Shown piece by piece: positions 26,594 through 40,260 of a stretch of 64,000 nt of DNA (position 1 is its first letter; each line of letters starts with the position of its first letter). The translations under genes and the position numbers were made by a program. The notes under the pieces are model-generated. The model was not told where the DNA came from and made no database searches. It saw nothing but the letters and a program-made list of their open reading frames with translations. Origin of the DNA: Vermamoeba vermiformis (taxonomy: Eukaryota); the NCBI GenBank assembly GCA_045837725.1, contig JBEWZL010000109.1, forward strand, positions 310,001 through 374,000, written 5' to 3'.

Positions 26594-27999
26594 ATGAGTG
26601 TCTACGTTACCGGAATGCCTGTGGGGTTCGCATCCTCTGCCCCGCATCTGTTTCAAGAGCGATCTCATGTCTACACGACTCCACAAGAGGTACGAAAGCG
26701 AAGTCTAGTGCGCGATTTCACATTACTAATCTAATTTTTGTGTTTTAGATTAGAACCAACGATTCTTTTAGCATGACTTCACCAAAAAAGCGGAAAGTAT
26801 CAGATTTATCAGACGTAGATGGTAATGAAGGTGATAGTCAACACAAAAAGCGTGCTATTGCACGTCCAGATGGATCAATTGATAAGCAAGCAACTCCTTC
26901 GAGCCCTGCAGTTAAAGATGAAAAGTAAGTATCCATTCCAAAGGAGGTTTAAAGGCTGACCAGGCAGTAAAGCGTGCCCATTCAACACTTAATCCGGTGC
27001 ACGGTCTTATTAGTTTTTATCGTTTGCTTTAAATTTTATTGTTATTTAAATTGCCAGTTTATAACCGGATGTCATTTTTAATTTGTTTACTAAATTTGGT
27101 CTTATTTTTAGGGATCCTGGTGACTCTGTAGCCATGATTCTTTGCTCTTTAGCCCCTACTCCTTCGCCATCATCCGAGACTAAAAGTCCATCCAAGTCTT
27201 TTAGTGTTTTGTCGATGCTAAATGACGCTCCGTCACTCGAACAACGCACCGTCCCCGTTCAATCGCCTCCCGTCGAGCAAAAACAACAGTTTTCACCTCG
27301 ATCTGATCACGGCAAGTCCTTGTCTCCTGTGTCGAGCATGATGGAGGATGACTCGGATGAAGATGATTCTTCGGACAGTGGCACCAAGGACAGCCAAGCG
27401 AGTGGCCGTAAGAAGAAGAGACACAGAACTACTCCCGAGCAACTCCGCACGTTGGAAGAAACTTACGAACGAGAGAAAATGCCCAATCAAGAGCTTCGTG
27501 AACGGTTGGCGAAGAAGTTGGGCATGACCCCGCGAAGAGTGCAGATCTGGTTCCAAAACAAGCGCGCCAAGGAAAAGAGAAGCAAGCCAAGCCCACGATC
27601 AAGCCTTCAGTTGCACCACCATCAACCTCCTTCAGCAAAACCGGTTCACGTTAATTCGTCTGAATTCACCCAACAACCCAATGCTCCGCTCGTGAATGCG
27701 TATTTCTCACCAGACATGACCGGTCGATACCTTCCGACGCCCAGCCCTTTCACACAAGGCCCAATCAATCCGCCACTAATCCCGTCGTTGTTCTCGGCAC
27801 CAAGACCGATCCAAAACACAAATAACCAAACACAATTGCCCGCTCTTAGTCATGACTTTATGGTAAGTTCGATAACACTAGATATTTGAAGTATTTTCAC
27901 CTTTTGCTAATTATGGCTTTAATTTAGTTTGGATCCGGAAATTCTGCCGCCGACTTTCCAATTCGTCTGCCGCCTATTTTACGTGCTTCAAACGAGTAA
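26594..27999 (+). CDS. Homeobox transcription factor (Q50, non-TALE), 4 exons
   Basis: KKKRHRTTPEQLRTLEETYE...RERLAKKLGMTPRRVQIWFQNKRAKEKR; upstream exons join in frame. Confidence 0.92.
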
Positions 28000-28588
28000 A
28001 TCCAACGTAAACCCTTTAATTTAAATCCGAGGCGATGACTAATATAGTGTATATTGTCGCGCTTTCGGGCCTCTGTATCTATTGTATTATTTATGTACAT
28101 AAACCCAAAATCAAAGCGATTTAGCTAATTTTCGATTGCAATCGGATTTTTCTGCCGCCGCTCACACTTTATATAAATTTTAATATTGTAATTCTTTAAT
28201 TGCTGGTTTATATATATTGCGCAAGCACACAAACGTAATCTCGTTATTACGAGGTTCGAATTATGATCCTTTAAGATCTTATTTGGATAGAATAACAGTT
28301 TTGTAGCGGCTGCATCCCCGACAAATCCTCCTGGATTGATCGAATTACCAAAATTGCGAATTGGGGTCGTGGGGTTGGGACGCAATCCGCCTCCGAAAGC
28401 CCAACGTGCAAGATTAGAGCTCCGATCAAGATTGCGATAATCGACGTGTTAAGTTCTCATCGTGAGCCGCATCTGATGTTTATAGTTTTTATCTCGCATG
28501 ACGATTTGACATGATTGCGCGAGATTTTTTGTTTATTGATCGTGAACAAGTGACGTCAAAAGCTGAAAGTATACACTAAATTTTATTC

Positions 28589-29994
28589 ATGAAGAGGAGA
28601 TCTGGCTCGGTGTTGGTCTCGCAAGTCGAGAACATCCGCCCGATCTTGATGCGGGCTATCGAAGATATAATTATGGCAGTAGGCCTTTGGAAGTCAGAAA
28701 TGGAAGTGAGAGGAAGGCTAGTAGATGAAAAAACTGACTTTTTAGTGGAAACAATACGAGGGATGTGCGAGGTAATAATTATAGAATTTAATTCTCGCTA
28801 AATTTTCGTTTAGTACAATTAAATTACGATCATTTTTGCGCGTATAGTAAGATAATAACATTGTATTAATTTATCGTAAGGCTGCATAATTGTTCCGTAA
28901 TTTAATCGTCGATTCAATTTAATAATTCCATTTAATTTACGCTGTAATTAGATTCTCGAGCCTTACCCACTTCCGCCTGTAGAATTCAAATCTACAGTGC
29001 CTCAGAGTGGTACTATGCTTTGCAAGTTCTTGGGCATTGTCGAGAAGCGGATTTGGGAGATTAGATCTAAAATGACGCTAATCAAAAACTTTGTCGAGTA
29101 AGTCGCATATTTGATTAATATCCTTATCTAATTGCACGACTAGAATGAGTCAATCTTTTAAACGTCTGTTAACCATCGCGAGTATCATTCGCAGCGTCAA
29201 ATTTGTAAGTTGACCCTTAAAAGTACTAATAACGAAAAGCATGATTTTAATACTGGTAAATATAGTACTTAGAGTCATATTACGATGCAAGCAATGAGGT
29301 TAAAATCCAAAAGAACACAGCCAAACCGATCAGTAAGTAAATTAAATTTTATTTGAATTCTGTGGGACAAATCCTCACTTGAATTTGCAGTGATGTCCGC
29401 GAAAGAACTGGAGGAGGAATTAAATAAAGCGCTACAAACGCGTGCTTTGAAATCAAACAAGAAACGGTCGTCCTCGCGCCGAGAAATGATCCCTTTATTG
29501 AATACAAAAGAGAAAGATAAGGACAAGGAGAAAGAGAAGGAGAAAGACAAAGAACGCGAAAAAGAAGGCAGTTTGACTAGTCGTCGCGGATCTAAGGTCA
29601 TAATTAGCGACCAAAAGAAAGATAAAACAGATCGATTGGACGACAGTAAAGAAGAGCTGAGGAAGTCTGGCTCGAGCAAGTACGTAGTCTAAAGATTATA
29701 TATACCCCCATATCTATGTATGTATTAACTATGTATGTATTTTCTATCTCTGTATCTAGACTTTTTCGTACAAAGTCATCGGGATCCGGTTTATTATACA
29801 AACAACCCTCATTTGCTGATTCTCCAAGGCTTAGCATGCGCGAAGAAGACGTCAAGAAGGAGCGAAGAAAGTCACAAGGAAGAAAAAAGGAAGGCACGGT
29901 CAGCTCGCCCTCGTCAGTTAAATTCGATTCGGCGTTGGATTCACCTGAAGGACCGTCATCTCTTAAAAGCAGTTCTGGCGATCTAAAAGATTAG
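28589..29994 (+). CDS. Hypothetical protein with Lys/Glu/Ser-rich C-terminus, multi-exon
   Basis: Consistent GT-AG exon chain and KEKEKD repeats. No family recognised. Confidence 0.65.
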
Positions 29995-30226
29995 AATATG
30001 GCAAAAGATGTACCGTTGGTGTATATATAATGATGTATCTATAGTTTGTACCATACCACAACCATGTAGTATAAAAGTTACTGAAATTTACGTAATTAAT
30101 GCCTCGCGACTTTTAGGGCATTTTCTGTTATGTAACTAGGCAGTCGATCACGAACCATGAATGGTAGCAACATAAAAGCCCATTAGACAGAGAAAAGTTT
30201 GATAGGCACAGAAAGATCGAGATCAG

Positions 30227-33200
30227 ATGGGTGTTTACAAGTTGTGGAATATTTTGAGCTCAGCAGGGCGTCAAACAAATTTAGATCAATTAGGAAAAAA
30301 GAGATTGGCTATTGGTATGTTTTCCTTAGCTGATTAGCAAAGTCCCAAACTTTTCTGTCCAGATCCCTCGCAAAATAATTTTAAAATATTATTCAAAATT
30401 AAGCGCGTAGCAATATCATACAAAATAAATATTAACGCTAAAAACCCTTCATGCAATTTTTTTTAAAATTTTTTCTGACGTTCATTTAGACACGAGCATT
30501 TGGTTGAATAAATTCGTCAAAGCGATGCGTGATCAACAAGGAAATTTAGTACCCAATGCACATATCAGAGGTATGGTGTCGAGAATTCTGAAGCTGTTAC
30601 AGTATGGCATCCGCCCCGTGTTTATCTTTGATGGTGCCACTCCAGCTATTAAAAAGAAGACGACCGTAAGTACATGACTACAACTGCTATTATAACATAG
30701 TATACTAATGGATTGATATTAGATGAGCCGTAGGAAGATAAGAGAAGAGTCCGAGACGAAGCTACGTAAAGTGGCTCAACAGCTACTGCTCAATAGAATC
30801 AAACAACAAGCAATTCAAGCTAAATCAGCAATAGGTGTCGAGTAAGTAATAGTTTGTAACAATAAAGGCTTGGATCTAACAATACTAGAGCGGCACGAGA
30901 GCTAGAAAAGCAGATTGAAGAACTAGCTGCGTCTAGTGAACTAGTGCCAGCGAAACCTAAACCAAGCGCTTCGACGAAAGAAGGAGCAATTGATGTTGAA
31001 GTAGAAGGCTCAGATGATTTCAGTCAGTTTTTGGACGAGGGCGAGTTCGACGAGTCATTTAACGCTACCAATGCATCATTTGTCGATGAATTTGAGGCCA
31101 TTCGCAATGATATTACAAGCAAAGTAGGTACCTATATTATACAGAGTATAATCATTAAGATTTTAACGATGTGCGTTAGGCTCTTGAGTATGCAGAAGAT
31201 CTGAACAAAATGAACATCGATCAAGAAGTCTTTGCATCTCTTCCACCGCGAGTACAAATGGAGATTATTGCGGATATTAGGAGATTCAAACAAGCTAAGA
31301 CAAAGGCACTTGTGCGAGACGGATCTTTCAAAACACCGGTACGTCCGAGAATACGGCAATTAATTAATTGATGTGTCAACATTAATATAAACACTAACAT
31401 ACTTTATAGAGTCCCTCGCACTTCTCAGAGATACAGGTTCAGAATCTGATTAGTAGTGGGGATCTCACGCGGAAGCTGATTAAAGCACGTGAAGCCATGG
31501 CAAACGAAGCGCAACCTATTGCCTCAGATCCGAACGCAAAATATATCTTGATTAGGACTAAAGATACAAGCTCGTAAGTCGTATTAGCAGAATATTTCCG
31601 ATTCATTACTTGATTAAATCGATTTATCGACATTTCCAAAATTTGCCAAATAAGGTTACGGGCAAACAATTAACACAAGTTTCGTAATTGTAGCAACCCT
31701 TCACCAAGCACTGCCGTACAGCTTACTACTACGCCAATCAGCGACAAAAGCAAAGACTCTTTGACTACACCGAGCAACACCTCAGTCAAGAGCAGCGATT
31801 CTGATAAAAAACGTAAAACGATGAGCGAGCCTATCGTGTTGGACGAAGAAGAGATCCTGCTTGAAGATAGGCGGAAGAAGCGAAGGAAGTCAGAGCCGCA
31901 AATGGACGAAGTAAAGGCAAGTCTAAAATTTACTTTTAAAGCAAAACGGGCGAGTCCTTATTCCAAAATCGAGCTTCCCAAATTTTTAATGTGTTCGGTG
32001 GAGATAAAAATTGAAAATTATCGGCATCCCTCCGATGAGCACGTGTTATTTGTGCAATTCATCTGTATTGCTCGTGACAATTTATTAATCATGTAAATAC
32101 AGAAAAAGCTTGATTTTGCAGCCGATGCCCCGCTTGACCTTGATCCGGATGTGATTCTGCCGCAAGTTGCGGAAGACCAAGAGCTTAATATAACATTTGA
32201 TGTTCCCATAGTGACTTTAAATGATCGCACCGTTTCGTTGACCAATCGTGTTGGTGCTAAGAATCAGTCAGATGAAGTTGTGGATGTAGATAACGAGGGA
32301 GGCTTTTTTATCCCAGACGGAGAAAACGATCAAGATCGATCGGCAGTGGTTGATCTTACTGCGAGTCCTGTTAAAGAGAGCAGGTCACCTATTGCAAAGA
32401 ATATAGATGATGACGAATCAAGCGCAATCAATTCAACCGAAGTTTCAGAACACCACAATACTGCAACTGCAATTGTCAGTGACACAGTCAACAATACAAA
32501 CGTCAGACCCGCACCGATTGATATCGAAGAGGTGTTTGGCGATGACGACAGCACGGATTTTGCGAATTTCCAATCTAATCCAAATCAACCCGTTCACTCA
32601 ACACCAGCACGAGTACCTTCGTCTCTAACACAAGAACGCAATCATGGCAAATCTATTGACGTATCTTTATTTGGTAAAACACAAATCACAGTAGATCTGC
32701 CAGATGATGCCGAAGAAGAAGCCACAAAAAGTATTTTGAACGATATCAAGAATTACGAAGAATTTCTCGACGAAGAAGAGCGAAATGCGCTTGTTATAAG
32801 CTCAGGGGAAGAGGACGACAGGAGTATATATTCCGTTGAAGATAACGATGTAGAAGATATTAATCTCCAAGATGACGAGATTATAGAAGATAGCGAACAA
32901 GCGAACAACAATTCAGATCTGGATCAAGAAGCGGAGCCTAAAGATAGCACAGATAAAAATAATACCGAGACAACAACACGGAAATCTAGCGCACAAGCTG
33001 AAAATAGCAATGTAAATACATTGTCAGCAATTCCGTCGAAACGCAATATCAACGAGGTTTTAATGGCGAATGCGGGCAATCAAAGCACTATTAATAGACC
33101 CAATCCTGCAAGGCGCGATACGAGGAAGGCAGGTCAGAGCAATCAAGGCAACAATGGCTTTATGTTTAGCGACAGTGGCTCGCTATCAGATGCACAAGTG

Positions 33201-34403
33201 GCCTCTTTGCAACGCGAGATCGAGTCCGAGTCAACGATGCTACAGAATCAGCGACAACAACTCGCGAGTGCGGCACAAGGAGTGACCGATGAGATGGTCA
33301 GCGATTGCATGGAGATCTTAGAAATGTTCGGCATTCCTTATTTGGTCAGTGCTACTGAATCTGACTCGCAGTGCGCGATCTTGGAAGAGTTTGGCTTGGT
33401 GGACGGAATAATCACTGACGATTCCGACGTGTTTTTGTTTGGTGCTAAGAACGTATACCGACATGCCTTTGAGTACGAGAAGCCTGCTGAAGCTTATAGT
33501 GCGCAGCAAGTTGAAAACGAGCTCGGTAAGCAACGTTTCATTAGATCTAGTGACTGCGCTGATCCTGGATCTTGACGAGGTTTACTTACTGTTAGCTTGC
33601 AGGTCTCACGCGCAAAGAGCTTATATGTTTAGCCTACCTGCTGGGTAGTGACTACACATCTGGCGTGAAGGGCATTGGAGTCATATCAGCCGCTGAAATA
33701 ATCGAAGAATTCTGTATCGTGCGCGACAGCAAGACAGTCACTGCCGAGGAAGTTGTTGAAGACCTGAACCGATTCAAAGCTTGGTTGCAGTCTCCGAACG
33801 ATGCGGAACATAATAATTCAGACTTTAAGAAGCGACACGTAAGTACTTCAAGCTCGCGTACTGGATCGAATCTAACTATGTCTTTAGAAAAATCTTAAGA
33901 GCAAGCTCAAATTGCCTGAAGACTTCCCTAACATCGATGTTGCCGAGGCGTACATTAATCCACAAGTGGATGATAGCAAAGAACCGTTCGAGTGGTCTGT
34001 TCCTAACTTGGATGCGCTGCGGCACTACGTGGTGAAGAAGCTTGATTGGCCGATTGACAAGGCTAATGAAAAGCTTATGACCGTTATTCAAAAGTACAAT
34101 AGCATCGTTATGAACCAAGCTACGCTCACAAGCTACTTCAAACCAAATCTGCGCATCGAAAGCAAGATTAAGTCAGAGCGTCTTAGTGCAGCGTTGTCTG
34201 ATTTGGCCACTAAGCGTCAAGAGATGAAAGAGAGTAAGAAGAATAACAATAATAACGCATCTGAAAAGAAGAAAGAAGACAAATCTGAAAAAACCCCTGA
34301 AAAAGCTTCCAAAGTAACGACGCCGCCTAAATCAACGAAGAAAAAATCACCCGCAAGCGGTAAAGCAACTAAGAAAAGTCCACGAGCGAAGGCCAAGAAG
34401 TAA
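30227..34403 (+). CDS. ERCC5: XPG/RAD2 nucleotide excision repair endonuclease
   Basis: MGVYKLW...LAIDTSIW...IRPVFIFDG N-domain; UBM-like FASLPPRVQMEI; long acidic spacer; FGIPYL..TESDSQCA..DGIITDDSDVFLFG; LLGSDYT.GVKGIG; basic tail. Confidence 0.93.
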
Positions 34404-34546
34404 GAGTAAGATCTTGCAACTTGATCTGACTGTAAATACTAAAGATGTAAAATAAAAGATGAAGTACTACAATATTATGTGCATGATAATTATCTTGGAT
34501 ACGTGGTGTTTCGTTGCTTGGATTGTTCAAATAACGCGTTTTTGGC

Positions 34547-34599
34547 TTTGGCGCCAAAAAGGTCGTTATTAAATTTTTAAATTACTTATCGTTTCGCGC
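34547..34599 (+). promoter_or_regulatory. E2F-like sites upstream of HAUS6
   Basis: TTTGGCGCCAAA (34547-34558) and TTTCGCGC (34592-34599) fit TTTSSCGC and lie within 100 nt of the ATG. Confidence 0.5.
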
Positions 34600-34642
34600 C
34601 ACAACAGCAGCACCACAGATCTCACATTTCAATTCCCGAGTA

Positions 34643-37600
34643 ATGGCGACGGGTAATTTAACAGTCGAGGATGCATTTTTCACCAATATGATGCTGCTGG
34701 GGTTCGATCCGGTAGCCAACGAACAAAAACACAACATCTCGTTCAATGGCGAAATGTTTCAAATGCCGAACGTGAAAGGAATGGAAGTAGTATTTCATTT
34801 TCTATTTTTGAAGATATTTCCTGACAAGGCTAAAGAGGTAATAAAAATATAAGATCAAAAAATCAAAAAAATTGTGTAATTAATTTATTTCTTATGCTAG
34901 GCACTTAAAACTATTTGGCCCATCACTGATAAAAAACAAGCGCGTGAATTTAAAGCATTAGCGCACGGATTTTTGGTGCAATTAGAAAAGGAAGGCAAAC
35001 TCCCACCAAACACCGTTCGTCTTTCTCATTTACATACTTGCAGCGGTGATCGGTACGATATTAATATGAACATACTTATATTTACGTTGTTAAATCATTT
35101 TTGGCTCAATTTTCGCTAATTTTATTGCAGTTTTTGTCACATGGTCTGGCATTTATCAAATCACGCCTTGCGATGTGTATTGGAGCGAGAATATCCTGAA
35201 TATGTCGAACAATTGCCTGCAGTATTAGTTTGCAATGAAAACCTTTCAGCACAACAGCTGCCTAATCGGATCAAGGCATTGAAGGTAAACATTTTTCGGA
35301 ACTAGAGTGCATGAAACATGTTCTAATAGCATATTTACAGTTACATATCGCTAGACAAGCGAAATTATTCCTCGAAAAAGCACAACAATCACTTCGAGCG
35401 CAAAACCAATGGCAGTACGCGATCAAGGATCTTGAAAATGAATATTGCGAGGTCAAAGAGAAATCAGTACGTCATAATGTTAAATAACACGTTAAGGACT
35501 ATATTTTAATTAATATTTTTAGTCCCAACTCGAGCAACAACGAAAGGAATTTAATTCGACGGTGGATCAACAAATTTTTTCAGAAGAGGCTTTTGCAGAA
35601 CGTGAAAAGAAAGTCCAACAAATTCGCAGTGCATGGAAGTATATTCAAGATCATTATGAAGCGAATGGCAAGAACAGAGGTAAGAAGTTTTTTCGATCCC
35701 ATCCAAATCCGGATAAAATATCTCGTTCAATTTCGCATATAAGCACCCTATTCGACGTGCATTGCCATCCCACATTTTTTTACAATCAGTTTTGACACGC
35801 TGGTTAAAACCTGCGAAATATGTCAGAATGGATTTGAGGATGCACCGGATTTGAGATACATCGCTATTTGTCCGAGAGGTTAAGGAGATAATCTTAAGCA
35901 TTATTGTGTTTTACACGCATGGGTTCAATTCCCATAATAGCTAACAACTATTATATTCTCAAGTCTGCTATCATCCTATTTTTTTTTTTGCTCGTGCCAC
36001 ATCCACCTTACTAAAGATTATTTTTTGTTCAGATATGGTTGAAAATATTATGAACAATAAGGCCAATGCCTATAGACTCGACGCTAAGGAGCTTCAAGTT
36101 GATTTGTCGGAGCTGATCGTCAACAAAACGCTCGCAGATAACCAGCCGATTAAAGATCCGATTGTGGATGGTAATTTGGATGCTACTAATTTCTGCGAAT
36201 TATGGAACAGAACGAATAAGAAACTGCAACAAAAGCTTCAAGTTTTGAACGCATCCCGTAAAGAAGACAAAGAGAATTACAATCCTCAACGTACTTCCTT
36301 TGGTTCTCGCGAGATTATGTTCGCTACAGTCAAGAACTTGTCTACTCAACACGCTAGTCACGCTGCGAATATCAACGCGTTGAATTCTCGACTCAGATCC
36401 GTTCTGCTCGAAGCTCAAGCCAACATTCGCGAGCTTAGATCGCAGATTGAAGCTGATACAAACCCCTCTGATGAATCTGCTATGCAAGTGGCACATCAGG
36501 ACCTCACTGTAATGACTCCCAGAAAAAGGTACAATTTCGCGTACTGGATTCAGATCCGGTTTGAGTTTGACCCAAAACAAATACTAACAATTGTTTATTA
36601 TAGCCATAAATCGCGCTTAGATTTGGTGCCTCCCACGCCTCGTCCTAAGCTTTCTGGTGTTGCTTCTCCTTTGACTTTGTCTCCGAACCCAGATGCGAAC
36701 TTGTATTTGGTATGTACTTAATATTCTATTCATGTCCTTTCAGTGTGATTAACAATACGTCGTATTGCAGTTCAGAGAGATGTCCAGAATACAATTCACA
36801 TCAGGTAAGAACTACATCCGTTCATCGCTAACTTTTCGGCTCTAATCATTCTATTTATTTAACAGATTTCGATGAAGAAGCTATTACTCGCGAAATTTCA
36901 GAGTCAGTAATTAATACTGTCAAGAATAGCTTGCGACCTGCCCAGATCAAGCCAGTACAAAACTGTAAGTTCAAGATCTGACCGTAGAAATACATCTCAA
37001 CAAGCGTTAATAACATTATATTATAGCTACACCAGTTGCTAATAAACCTGCCACCCCTACGGCTGAAGCTCCTTCAGTAGATCCACCAGCCAAAAAAGCT
37101 GCCGTTAAAGCGAGCACGAAGAAAGCAGCGGCAAAATCGAACAGATCTGACGTTGTTAAGGTACGTCATAGTACTCTATCGTACATAGGTGCCAGCTATA
37201 TTAATAATTGAATATATCTAGCCTTGGCAAAAGAAATCTAAGGAGTTTGGATTAAGTCCAATAGCGGTCAAAGCAGTCAAAATTGAAAGTGTCAATGACG
37301 CGACTAAAATTAGCACTCCTGAGCCCAAGACTATCAACAACACTATTAAGATCAACTTGAATAAGAACTCAAGCAAGAAGACCATTAATAACGTACAACA
37401 TACTCCGAGCCCGATGCGATCTATTGCGGATCAAGTACGAAAATTTTTCAATTACCAAATATGGAAACTAACACTTGATATCTTTAGATCGCGCAACAGA
37501 TGATCTCAGGCCAGATGTCGCCTATTAATAGCAGCTCGTCAGTCCTTGATTCAGTCATCAAAGTGCCGTCACTGAACAACAGCTCAATGGGCCACTATGA

Positions 37601-38391
37601 CGACATTAGTGACGATACTAATAAGGCAATGAACATCAATCTCGACGACGACTCAGATCTGAATGATTTGATGAGCCGTGTTGAACGCGTTGGACGTGAG
37701 GACGATGAGCCGAGTGACGATGTTGAGCACCATGAGGCTGAGCTTGTAGACAATGAAGAGCAGTTCGAGCACGAGGCAGAAGATGTAGACAGCAATCACG
37801 ACGACAAGTCACATGTCGTGAGTGATGAGAACAATGACACGACTGACACGAGTGCGAGTGACATGACTGGTGTCTCGGCTCACACATTCGATTCAGCGGC
37901 CACAATCAAACTTGATAGTGATGCAGAGCTGCCTGTCATTCGTCCTGAAGATGTCACGGCGTTGGCTGAGGGCGAGCAGTTCACTGAACAGAGCGGCAAT
38001 TTCACTGAAGAACCAAGTTCCGTTCATGAACCAGCGAAAGGCGAGGAGTTCGCATGGAATTTGGACGCTTCCTCTGACAACCTGTTAGGTAAGAATTTGT
38101 ACAAAAAATATGGGCATCGGTCTCATACTAATGACTAACATAATAGATTTATCAACTTCATCCTTATTGAAGCAAGTCAAGTCCAACTCAGTGGATCTAG
38201 ATCTGTCACAAATCGACAACAGTGAAGTGTTGAATTTGAGTCAGTTCAACATCCAAGCTGAGTTCCTTGGTGGCGATGATGAAGTGGATGCTCGAGGAGG
38301 CTTCGATCACTTGGAGCTACTCAACACTTCGCTGCCTTCAGATCCCGCTAGTCCACCAATGAAATCGATCGTTAAGAAACTCGAATTTTAA
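34643..38391 (+). CDS. HAUS6: Augmin subunit HAUS6, multi-exon
   Basis: FFTNMMLLGFDP...MFQMPNVKGMEVVFHFLF...WPITDKKQAREFK...GDRFCHMVWHLSNHAL, then coiled coil and a disordered tail. Confidence 0.88.
35862..35943 (+). tRNA. tRNA-Leu(UAA) inside a HAUS6 intron
   Basis: Cloverleaf: acceptor (C)GCTATT/AATAGC(T); D-arm TCC-GAGAGGTTAA-GGA; anticodon stem ATAAT/ATTAT with loop CT-TAA-GC (35895-35897); variable arm GTGT/ACAC; T-arm ATGGG-TTCAATT-CCCAT; discriminator A; T-run at about 35978-35989. Confidence 0.88.
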
Positions 38392-38630
38392 ATTTTTAAC
38401 CACCACGGCAGTATACTTTTTGTACAGTAATATACTTGTTCCTTAATTGGCAACAACGTGTAAAATAAACCTTCAAAAACAACTATGGAATTAATTAATT
38501 AATTTTTACTTTTTAAAATGAAATTCAAATTATTGTAGCTCGCTATGTACATAATAAACTACAATAACTCGTTAAATAATAAAATGAAATTGGTTTTCGC
38601 CAAGCCTATTCTCTAACGAACATAAGCAGC

Positions 38631-39856
38631 TTATTCGCGCTTGAACTTGTTGAGGGGCAACTTGGCCAAGATAGGACCAGCCTTCTCCTTGACAGCGCCC
38701 ACAACCTTGCCGACAAAGGCGTCAATCGTGTCTTTCTTCTCGCTGTACAAACGGGGCCACACGAACAAGACCAAGAAGCCGAGGAACAACAACGACGCGG
38801 GTTGGAACCACTTGCCCAACAACGAAGTCACGAACAAGACGGTGGTGGCCTAGCATAACTATTGTTAATAGAGCTCGGGCTAGTGTAGATTTCATCTCAG
38901 TGACGTGGCTTGGCACGTGCTGGACGTGTCAAAAGTGCATCAAAGAGGTCACTTTGACACGACGACTTACAATCACGGTGAGAACAATGTCAGCGGAGAA
39001 GAACACGGTGATCAAGAGCTCCTTGACGGCCTCCCAGATCTCAACAATAGCGCGCACGTGGGCCTCAACCAGGGCTTGAGTGGCTGCGGGATCGGGCTTT
39101 TGCAAACGGTCCCTAAAATAATTCAAGAATGAGAGTTAGATCGATAATATGAATATAAACAATAATATTAGTAATAACAAGGCGTATTTATAATATTATT
39201 GGCGCTTAAAGACTAAAATGGAAGAATTGTCTACGTCACATCCGCATTAATTAAAAAACATCGCTAAAAAAATTGCAAAAATTCGTAAACAATAAGGAAT
39301 GCGATAATAATACTCTATAATCATTATAAACATCGTTTAGCACGTACTTGAACGGATTTTCGTTGCCGCGCATAGTTTGCATTTTGAGGTAAACAAAGCT
39401 GACAGTCAATACGGTCAGAGCCATGTAAGAGGTCAAAGTGAGCACGCTGTAGTCTCCAACGATGACCAAGAAGAAGAAGAAGCAGCCAATGGCGAAGATA
39501 AGGCCGCTCTTGACGAGATCCTGCCACATGAAGACGGATGCAACTTTGAAGAGAAAAATGTTAGAAAATTAAGAATGGCATTGGGGAGGTTGGTGATAAT
39601 AGAAGGTATATATAGAATATTTTAGGATAATTTTTGAGGATAATTCACAGTTTTTTTGTCAAATTTCTGGGTCATTTAAATTTACCTGGCTCATAAAGCG
39701 GATGTGCTTTAACTGCAGCGATAATACGGTGCAAAACACCTTGGGCTTGTTGTTCGGTTTGTTGTGCTATATTTAATGAGATTAGTAATCAACTTTGAAT
39801 TAGCGCAGATGGAAATCCAACGCGAGTCTTTGCAAGATCTTACCTTGATCGCTCAT
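38631..39856 (-). CDS. Reticulon-domain protein, 5 exons
   Basis: VFMWQDLVKSGLIF..., two long hydrophobic segments, LFVWPRLYSEKKDTID. Confidence 0.9.
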
Positions 39857-40260
39857 TTTCGAGTTCAAATAGCTGCCTAACAATACAATACGAGTGTTTG
39901 TTACGAATAGTGACGTGTGAAGAATAGTTCAAATAAAGAAACAGAAAAAAAATGATGAATAAATGTTATAAATTGGAATTTCAGTTAAATCAATGCGAAA
40001 CGAGATTAAATACGTGGCAATCTTATAACGTCCCTTAATATAATCCACTGTATATTCTATTGCCCTGGCTCGCCATTTTTAGTCTTATTTTACGCTTCCG
40101 CAGATCTTGATCTTCCTTGTTCGCTTTTTATTGAGCTTAAAAAGAGAAAAGATGGGATCCCTTGCCTTGATAGGGCTACTTTTTATTATATTACCTTGTC
40201 GATTCGAAAAAATATTGAGTTTGCGGAGCAGTCCGAATCATTTTTTGTAACACAGTTGAA

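Noticed and set aside
28027-28068. SECIS or U4 snRNA reading of the hairpin
   Set aside because: No GA quartet partner, apical AA or in-frame UGA, and the other U4 elements are absent.
33340-33375. XPG motif TESDSQC instead of MEAEAQC read as inactivation
   Set aside because: The acidic E-x-D pair and the DDSD and GSDY carboxylates are retained.
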